A stretch of 50,812 bases of DNA from a virus (Duplodnaviria > Caudoviricetes). The translations under genes were made by a program, and so were the position numbers. The stretch's first letter is position 1. Each line of letters starts with the position of its first letter. Shown in pieces: positions 45,719 to 50,812 of this stretch. The notes beneath the pieces are model-generated. The model did not search any database. It was not told where the DNA came from and was given only the letters and a program-made list of their open reading frames with translations. The stretch covers positions 1 through 50,812 of the IMG/VR virus record IMGVR_UViG_3300035670_000305. One strand, written 5' to 3'.

Positions 45719-45925
45719 CTAGTTCCAACGCCTGACTGGTCTAATTGCAATGCCCGCCGATATAGGCACGGCCCGCGCAAGCCTTCGCCAAATTGGAAGC
45801 TTGGCAGGCTTGGTATCGGTCTCTGGTTGCAGAATAGGAAAGCCCTCTTTGGTCATATAGGCGACGGTTCCCTGCATCCCGATAACGGGCGTGATTGCGG
45901 CCTTGTCTTGCTCGGATTCACTCAT
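45719..45925 (-). CDS. Hypothetical protein
   Basis: GGAGG RBS; last gene of the leftward run. Confidence 0.5.
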   Translation of the reverse strand: MSESEQDKAAITPVIGMQGTVAYMTKEGFPILQPETDTKPAKLPIWRRLARAVPISAGIAIRPVRRWN

Positions 45926-46097
45926 CGTTCGCCTCCTCCCGATTAGCCAACACCAACCGTTCTGCATCTGGCAGCCATCTTGTTACGATGGTTCCCTTAT
46001 CATAAGCACCCTTCAATATAGCGCGTTCTACAACAACGCCAGGCTGCATATTCTCAACCGCAAGTTCGCGGGCTTTCAGGATTATGGCGTCAGTCAT
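45918..46097 (-). CDS. Hypothetical protein
   Basis: Paralog of 49550-49744 (WLP.AER.VLA.R.EANDE). Confidence 0.65.
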   Translation of the reverse strand: MTDAIILKARELAVENMQPGVVVERAILKGAYDKGTIVTRWLPDAERLVLANREEANDE

Positions 46098-46354
46098 GGC
46101 TTGCTCTCCTGATAATACCAACGGGCGTATTCTTCACACCAGCTTGCACTCGGATTGGCGACCGGCTCTGGCGGTGAACCAAAGCGCAGCTTGTCGCTTT
46201 CCAGCAGCCTATCTCTCTCGGCCTTTGCTGCTTCTATGCGGTGGGTGGCGAGCATTTTACAAATGGCATCGTATGCGGTTTTTCCTCCCGCAGAAATAAA
46301 TGTCATGGGCGCTTTGGCGGCAGCTTCGCGATCCGCTTCTGTCACTTCAACCAT
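46094..46354 (-). CDS. Hypothetical protein (VTEADREAAA family)
   Basis: Coupled small gene. Confidence 0.6.
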   Translation of the reverse strand: MVEVTEADREAAAKAPMTFISAGGKTAYDAICKMLATHRIEAAKAERDRLLESDKLRFGSPPEPVANPSASWCEEYARWYYQESKP

Positions 46355-46598
46355 TGCCTGATCCTTCCAGTGCTTGTTTTGCCTGTATCAACCAAGAGTT
46401 CACGTTTGGGTATTTTGCCAGCGGCCCCATAACGTCGATGCACTCACGCAAAGCAGCTTCCAGCGCCTCGATGCGTGTTGCTTGGGCTTCGATTGTGCTG
46501 AAAAGGTCGGGTCCGTATGTCTGCGCCCACCAAAGTTTGGAGACGCGCAAATTATCCCAATCAGACCGCGCCCGCTCAACCAGTGTCTTATCGTCCAT
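46347..46598 (-). CDS. Hypothetical coiled-coil protein
   Basis: 44-bp segment 46447-46490 identical to 50354-50397. Confidence 0.6.
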   Translation of the reverse strand: MDDKTLVERARSDWDNLRVSKLWWAQTYGPDLFSTIEAQATRIEALEAALRECIDVMGPLAKYPNVNSWLIQAKQALEGSGNG

Positions 46599-46833
46599 CG
46601 CTATTCTCCTGCTGACGGGGGCGGAATATCCACAAAGGATTGTTCTCGCCGTGCTTGGCCGACTGGCAGCTTGGACTGGTCATATCCAAACCTTCGCTGG
46701 GCCTTTCCTTTTGGAAGGTGGAAACCAGACACAGAGCAACGTCTGCGCCTTGGTTGAACCCTGAGCGATATGATACGAGGGCGGTGGCTAATATGGCCGC
46801 CACAATTCCGGCTGCGATTATGATATTACGCAT
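46588..46833 (-). CDS. Hypothetical protein with N-terminal TM
   Basis: Bracketed by 18-bp junction repeats. Confidence 0.6.
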   Translation of the reverse strand: MRNIIIAAGIVAAILATALVSYRSGFNQGADVALCLVSTFQKERPSEGLDMTSPSCQSAKHGENNPLWIFRPRQQENSDGR

Positions 46834-46990
46834 CGCTATTCTCCTGCTGGAATGCGCGGCGGTATTTCTTGACGGTTGCTAGTGTGCAGCCAATCTCCAG
46901 AGCAATACCCTCGTTGTCGCGCTCTGGCCGGTTCTTCATAATCCAGCGCAAATAGTTTTTGTCTGCTTTAAGCATCGCTATTCTCCTGCT
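46596..46990. repeat. 18-bp direct repeat x3 at gene junctions (46596, 46831, 46973)
   Basis: CATCGCTATTCTCCTGCT, i.e. AGCAGGAGAATAGCGATG on the minus strand. Confidence 0.9.
46826..46975 (-). CDS. 49-aa HTH-like protein MLKADKNY...
   Basis: IALEIGCTLATVKKYR; start set by the junction repeat. Confidence 0.55.
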   Translation of the reverse strand: MLKADKNYLRWIMKNRPERDNEGIALEIGCTLATVKKYRRAFQQENSDA

Positions 46991-47273
46991 TGCACTTGTC
47001 GAGCATGGCTTGCCAGACAGCGGCGACACTCTCGTCATCGGTCTGTTCGGGCAAGTGCCATCCCGCTGTCGCAATCATCCCCTCGCTCGGCGTTCGCAGA
47101 CGTTCGAACATTGTTGCTATTGCTGCGTCGGCAAGCTGTAAGTAAATCTGCTTGGTGTCTGGCCTGAATTGCCACCAGCCAATTACGTAACTGGCTTTTT
47201 CAATATCACACTCATAAATCGCCCGCGCAACAGCTTCTCGCAGTGTTTCTTTGTCCTGTGTTGGTTTAGTCAT
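46968..47273 (-). CDS. Hypothetical protein
   Basis: EAVARAIY...ADAAI...PSEGMI...WQAML. Confidence 0.65.
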   Translation of the reverse strand: MTKPTQDKETLREAVARAIYECDIEKASYVIGWWQFRPDTKQIYLQLADAAIATMFERLRTPSEGMIATAGWHLPEQTDDESVAAVWQAMLDKCKQENSDA

Positions 47274-47566
47274 TGGATTACTCCTTGTGCGGATTGCCGT
47301 TTGCTCTGCACCATGCCAGCGCGGCCACTTTCTCGCGTTCCTCTGCCTGCCAATGCTCCACGCGGCCAGCTATGCGCCCAATCTTGGGTGTAATCACAAT
47401 CGAGATTGCGGCAAATCCAGCCATCGCAAGTCGCAATCAGTGGGCCGTGCGCACTATCCTGACAGGTGAATGGGTGCATCACGCCGGTTCGCTGATACTC
47501 GTTCAAGTTGTGGACTTGCTCTGGCGTGAAAGGTGCCTCTAATCGCTCAATCAGGTCACTGTGCAT
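47270..47566 (-). CDS. Hypothetical Cys/His protein
   Basis: HPFTC...GWIC...CDYTQDWAH. Confidence 0.6.
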   Translation of the reverse strand: MHSDLIERLEAPFTPEQVHNLNEYQRTGVMHPFTCQDSAHGPLIATCDGWICRNLDCDYTQDWAHSWPRGALAGRGTRESGRAGMVQSKRQSAQGVIQ

Positions 47567-47744
47567 TGTCTGTCTCCTTGATGTAATCGCCGCGCTCGAT
47601 GCACTTGCAGCTTGCCTCTAAAATCTTGGCTTGCTGCTGCCATTCAAGCCTGCTGGCTAGGCCGTAAGCTTCTACAGTGGACATTTGCTTCAAGCGCCGC
47701 GCCTCGCTCCGCAACCACGAAACAATAGCTTTTCTCTCTGTCAT
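47556..47744 (-). CDS. Hypothetical protein
   Basis: ERKAIVSWLR...IERGDY. Confidence 0.6.
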   Translation of the reverse strand: MTERKAIVSWLRSEARRLKQMSTVEAYGLASRLEWQQQAKILEASCKCIERGDYIKETDNAQ

Positions 47745-47956
47745 TGGTTGGCCTTTCCATGTTCTCCGTGATAACCTTCCGTGGCGGCAATGAATGCGCC
47801 CACAAAATCACCATAGCCCAAGCTGCAAAGCAGGCTGTTGGACGCCTGATCGAACGCCCTGTGCAGCGCGTCGCCGTTCAAGTTGCTGGTAAGTTGCTCG
47901 GCTAATGCCTTTGCCTCGTCGGGCGTTGGCGGGCATGTTTTCCAAGTGGTCAGCAT
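47741..47956 (-). CDS. Hypothetical protein MLTTWKTCPP...
   Basis: GGGAG RBS; ATGA-coupled downstream. Confidence 0.45.
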   Translation of the reverse strand: MLTTWKTCPPTPDEAKALAEQLTSNLNGDALHRAFDQASNSLLCSLGYGDFVGAFIAATEGYHGEHGKANQ

Positions 47957-48642
47957 AAGCCTTTCTCCCGCGCCAAGGATCGCCCAAAGCAACGTCCATT
48001 GCGCTGTCCCGCTTGTGACCGTTCTGCCCTAGTGATGTGCTGTCTGCGCTGGTGAAACGGATAGTCGCGGACAACCGCGACACCCCGCATCATGTGTATG
48101 TTGGGCCATTGGTTGCCGAAAAATGCCGCAACCTCATCCATCCGGCGATGATATGCCTCGCACCCCACCGCCTGTTCATCATCGGCAATCTTGCCTGTGC
48201 GTTCGTCAAACCGACCAACCCATCCGAAACAGACGCGCTCAAATCGTTCGCACAACCGCCCAAGGCGCTCAATGCTGCCGTCCATGTGCCACAATGGCGC
48301 GCCCCATTGGTCAAACGGCCAATCGTTCAACAAACCATCGTTAATCTGTGAAGGCGCTCCGGGGCTGTCTGGAATGACCGCCCACCGACCTTCAATTAGG
48401 CGCGGTTCCAGCCAAGCATAATAATCAGACCAGTCGCGATCCTCGGCCCATTCCTTGCCGCTACGCAGTGCCGCTTGCCAAAATGAATAAGCGCCGTTGT
48501 CATACATGATTTGCGGGCACAGGCGCTCGGCCAGCTCGACCTGATCAGGGCGATAATAGCTAATGCAGGCAGCGCGATTAGGCATCACTGCCTCAAAAGC
48601 TGCGTTCGGCGTTATTGGCGTGCCGTGATAGATGGTCGGCAT
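47808..48642 (-). CDS. YHGTP/DNGA(F/Y)S-family protein, putative TGT-like fold, frameshifted at ~48055
   Basis: YHGTPITP, DNGAYSFW, VIPD, PLWH, IHMMRG; expected SADST tail lies in another frame. Confidence 0.55.
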
Positions 48643-48833
48643 CAAATCACTCCCCAAAAGGCCAGCACAAAGGCCAAGCCGCGTATCTCATTTGCTATCA
48701 GAAGGATGATTGCGGTTTTCCCCGACATAGCGAGGCCCGCGCCACTGGCGGCTGTATTTTCCGCAAAATCGCGCAGAAATGGCAGAAATCCGCCAATCTT
48801 CGGTAAAGTCAAATTAACGAAAAGGCTAGTCAT
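48642..48833 (-). CDS. Small membrane protein
   Basis: Hydrophobic C-terminus; coupled on both sides. Confidence 0.5.
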   Translation of the reverse strand: MTSLFVNLTLPKIGGFLPFLRDFAENTAASGAGLAMSGKTAIILLIANEIRGLAFVLAFWGVI

Positions 48834-49057
48834 TGGGCGGCTTTCGGCTTTGAGTTTTCCAGTGTTTTCCTGTTCCCTTTGCGTTCCAGCATAAACTCCA
48901 CCGCCACTTGCACAGGGCCGGGAACGGTGTTGCCTTCGCTTTCCCATATCCGAATTGAACGATCCCCGTTCTTTTCAGACAGGCGCAAAACCTTGGCCAT
49001 CTCCTTTTGAGAGAGGCCAAGGGCTTTACGGGCGTTGCGGAAATCAGCGGGGGTCAT
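48830..49057 (-). CDS. XRE-type HTH regulator
   Basis: Paralog of 9245-9496 with a different recognition helix. Confidence 0.8.
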   Translation of the reverse strand: MTPADFRNARKALGLSQKEMAKVLRLSEKNGDRSIRIWESEGNTVPGPVQVAVEFMLERKGNRKTLENSKPKAAQ

Positions 49058-49343
49058 TGGCGTCCTTTTGTTTTTTCCAATTCTCAAACTCCGCAAATGC
49101 GCCTTCTAAATCAGCCCTGCACGAACTGCACTCATTGCCCGAACCTTCGGGAACTATAGCGCCACAGTAGCAACACCATTGTGGGGAGACGGCAGCGCAA
49201 AACCTGCGCGCCCTCTGTAATGTTTTTGCATCATCGCCAGTTGAAAATATTAACGCGACTAAACGGCCCTTGTCGGTTTTGACCAAAACGTCACCGTTGC
49301 ACGGCCCTTCTCGATCAAGGTCAAAAGTCCAAGGCGCGCTCAT
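49044..49343 (-). CDS. Zinc-ribbon hypothetical protein, identical to 9483-9782
   Basis: Within the repeat. Confidence 0.6.
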   Translation of the reverse strand: MSAPWTFDLDREGPCNGDVLVKTDKGRLVALIFSTGDDAKTLQRARRFCAAVSPQWCCYCGAIVPEGSGNECSSCRADLEGAFAEFENWKKQKDANDPR

Positions 49344-49462
49344 CAGAACGCAACCTTTGCTTTGGCTACGGGCAACCAGCGCAAAGCGCGAGGCGACCAA
49401 TAGAAAAACTTGCCGTTTGATTTTTTTGCTTGGTAGGTCTTGCCGTTAATGGTGGCGGTCAT
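49343..49462 (-). CDS. 39-aa basic peptide, identical to 9782-9901
   Basis: Within the repeat. Confidence 0.7.
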   Translation of the reverse strand: MTATINGKTYQAKKSNGKFFYWSPRALRWLPVAKAKVAF

Positions 49463-49505
49463 CTTACTTTCTCCTGCTAAGGCGGGGTCAACCCCCATAA
49501 CCATT

Positions 49506-49534
49506 CGTATAGGGAAGGCCCTATATGATGTCAA
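49506..49534 (-). promoter_or_regulatory. Cassette promoter with palindrome
   Basis: TTGACA 49534-49529, 17 bp, TATACG; TATAGGG-N4-CCCTATA at 49508-49525. Confidence 0.6.
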
Positions 49535-49549
49535 GCGGCAAATGTAAAA

Positions 49550-49744
49550 TTATTCGTCGTTAGCCTCCACCCGCCTAGCCAGAACAATCCTTTCAGCTTC
49601 TGGCAGCCAACTCCTGACAACAGAGCCGTTATCCCATTGGCCAGTCCTTATGGCTGTTTCAGGTGCTTCCCCCCATAGCTTGCTTGCAAGGGTTAGGTTT
49701 CGCTCTTCAATGAGGATTGCACGGTGCAGTTCATCGTCTGTCAT
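49550..49744 (-). CDS. Hypothetical protein
   Basis: Paralog of 45918-46097. Confidence 0.65.
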   Translation of the reverse strand: MTDDELHRAILIEERNLTLASKLWGEAPETAIRTGQWDNGSVVRSWLPEAERIVLARRVEANDE

Positions 49745-50001
49745 CACTGCTCCCCTTGCTTTAGTGCTGCGCGGGCTTCTCGTTTTATATCGCCTAGAGC
49801 GACAAGCATGTCTCCCTTCAAGCCGTGATGGGCGCACCTTTCCGCGTTTTTGGCAAATTGCTTTAGCCGCTCGTTCTCGGCGGTGAGGGTTTCGAGGCGG
49901 TCGGCGGCGAGTGTGATGGCATAGCCGTTGCGGCAGCTATTCTGGGCGACAGAACAAACATGCCCGTCCCGCAACCGCGCAATCAGTTCAGCATCATTCA
50001 T
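49744..50001 (-). CDS. Hypothetical protein
   Basis: ELIARLR...AADRLE.L.AENERL. Confidence 0.6.
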   Translation of the reverse strand: MNDAELIARLRDGHVCSVAQNSCRNGYAITLAADRLETLTAENERLKQFAKNAERCAHHGLKGDMLVALGDIKREARAALKQGEQ

Positions 50002-50275
50002 CGTTCTGTGTCCTTTCGATCTGGTCGAGCATGGCCTTGTTCATCAAAGAAACCATAAGCCGCGCTGGTGGACGAATATGGCTGTCTGGACCAAACACTG
50101 CTTGCTGCGCCTCAACAACTTCTTCTTTCCACGCCTGTTCACGGATGAAGGCAAAGGTTGCTGCTATTGCTGCTTTCGCGGCTGCATCTTCCCAAGGCGC
50201 AAGACAATCATAATCATGTCGCGCAAATTCAAGGCGTATGACTTCGCGCACGTCTGCAAGTAGCTTCTCGATCAT
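49994..50275 (-). CDS. Hypothetical protein
   Basis: AGGAG RBS; coupled. Confidence 0.55.
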   Translation of the reverse strand: MIEKLLADVREVIRLEFARHDYDCLAPWEDAAAKAAIAATFAFIREQAWKEEVVEAQQAVFGPDSHIRPPARLMVSLMNKAMLDQIERTQNDE

Positions 50276-50559
50276 GGCTTGCTCCTGTGGTTTTCAATCG
50301 CCTCCAAAACACGTTCGTTTCGCACTGCCTGTGTTTCGCCTTTGAAGCATCGCCGCAAAGCAGCTTCCAGCGCCTCGATGCGTGTTGCTTGGGCTTCAAT
50401 TGTGTCGGCTGCTTCTTTGATGGGCGAAAGCCGCCGCCACCAAAACGCACCTTTAATATCGGAGCGAGTGTCGCCAAACCATGAGCCTTCCATCGGCCCA
50501 TGCCCACGGATGAAGTTATCAAACTCCACCATGCGCTCAACAAGTGTATCACTGCTCAT
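50272..50559 (-). CDS. Hypothetical coiled-coil protein
   Basis: TLVER and TIEAQATRIEALEAALR shared with 46347-46598. Confidence 0.6.
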   Translation of the reverse strand: MSSDTLVERMVEFDNFIRGHGPMEGSWFGDTRSDIKGAFWWRRLSPIKEAADTIEAQATRIEALEAALRRCFKGETQAVRNERVLEAIENHRSKP

Positions 50560-50747
50560 TTGGCAGTCTCCCTTAACCACGATAAAAAATCTCCCAAGGC
50601 ATTTGCACACGCCCGTTGCTTTGCTTTTGTGGTGTTGCTTCCGTGTTGTGCATTGTCTGTCTCCAATACTTTGCGGACGGCTAGGCCGAGGACGGTAATC
50701 CTGCCGGTGATGCTGCACAGACCGAGATTGAACAGTGAGTGCTTCAT
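50556..50747 (-). CDS. Hypothetical protein
   Basis: ATGA-coupled; weak support. Confidence 0.35.
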   Translation of the reverse strand: MKHSLFNLGLCSITGRITVLGLAVRKVLETDNAQHGSNTTKAKQRACANALGDFLSWLRETAK

Positions 50748-50812
50748 GCGACCACCGTCTCGGTGTTGGGGCAGATGGTAGCCGTCGCATTTGTTGTTTG
50801 CTTTGGCTCGAA

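Larger units (their letters stand above)
9423..48983. mobile_element. Phage B: apparently complete temperate P22-like podovirus unit (39,561 bp between repeats)
   Basis: Integrase, CI/Cro, replication, terminase, portal, scaffold, capsid, tail, ejection, fibre and lysis genes all present; bounded by direct repeat; no tape-measure or sheath gene. Confidence 0.75.
48984..49500. repeat. ~517-bp direct repeat, right copy
   Basis: Matches 9423-9939. Confidence 0.95.
48984..50812. mobile_element. Right repeat copy plus small leftward phage genes, probably the continuation of phage A
   Basis: Contains paralogs of genes at 45918-46598; runs off the window. Confidence 0.55.

Noticed and set aside
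45700-45740. Possible tRNA 3'-end fragment or att core after the spanin
   Set aside because: No TTCGA T-loop and no CCA; resemblance is superficial
47270-47380. Possible frameshift in the C-terminus of 47270-47566
   Set aside because: Another frame looks more protein-like, but there is no homolog evidence in the window
1-50812. CRISPR array, tRNA/rRNA, reverse transcriptase (DGR or retron), transposase, invertase
   Set aside because: No regularly spaced repeats, cloverleaf or matching protein motifs seen by eye

Overview
The whole window is temperate-phage DNA with a P22-like podovirus gene order; the host is probably alphaproteobacterial (inferred). No host chromosomal genes, tRNA, rRNA or CRISPR array were seen. 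It holds two related but divergent phages. Phage B looks complete: integrase, recombination genes, CI/Cro switch, replication, terminase, portal, scaffold, capsid, tail, DNA-ejection genes, tail fibre and lysis. It lies between two copies of a ~517-bp direct repeat (9423-9939 and 48984-49500, offset 39,561 bp). Outside the repeats are parts of a sister phage A: ejection, tailspike and lysis genes on the left, small leftward genes on the right. This is either a cointegrate or an assembly chimera. Comparing the two copies exposes signals the ORF track misses: (1) a conserved SD + GNRA hairpin + GGG_UUU_C element, a candidate +1 ribosomal frameshift fusing an M15 peptidase to an ejection protein; (2) a conserved antisense membrane peptide behind each large ejection gene; (3) a conserved 41-aa membrane ORF in the lysis cassette; (4) a three-gene cassette whose HTH recognition helix and promoter palindrome both differ between copies. 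Also seen: an ADP-ribosyltransferase-like domain inserted in one ejection protein, an HNH insertion that left a stub of the endolysin 5' end, radical SAM/methyltransferase/glycosyltransferase genes among the head genes, and RBS-containing repeats at small-gene junctions. All product calls come from motif recognition by eye; no database searches were run.
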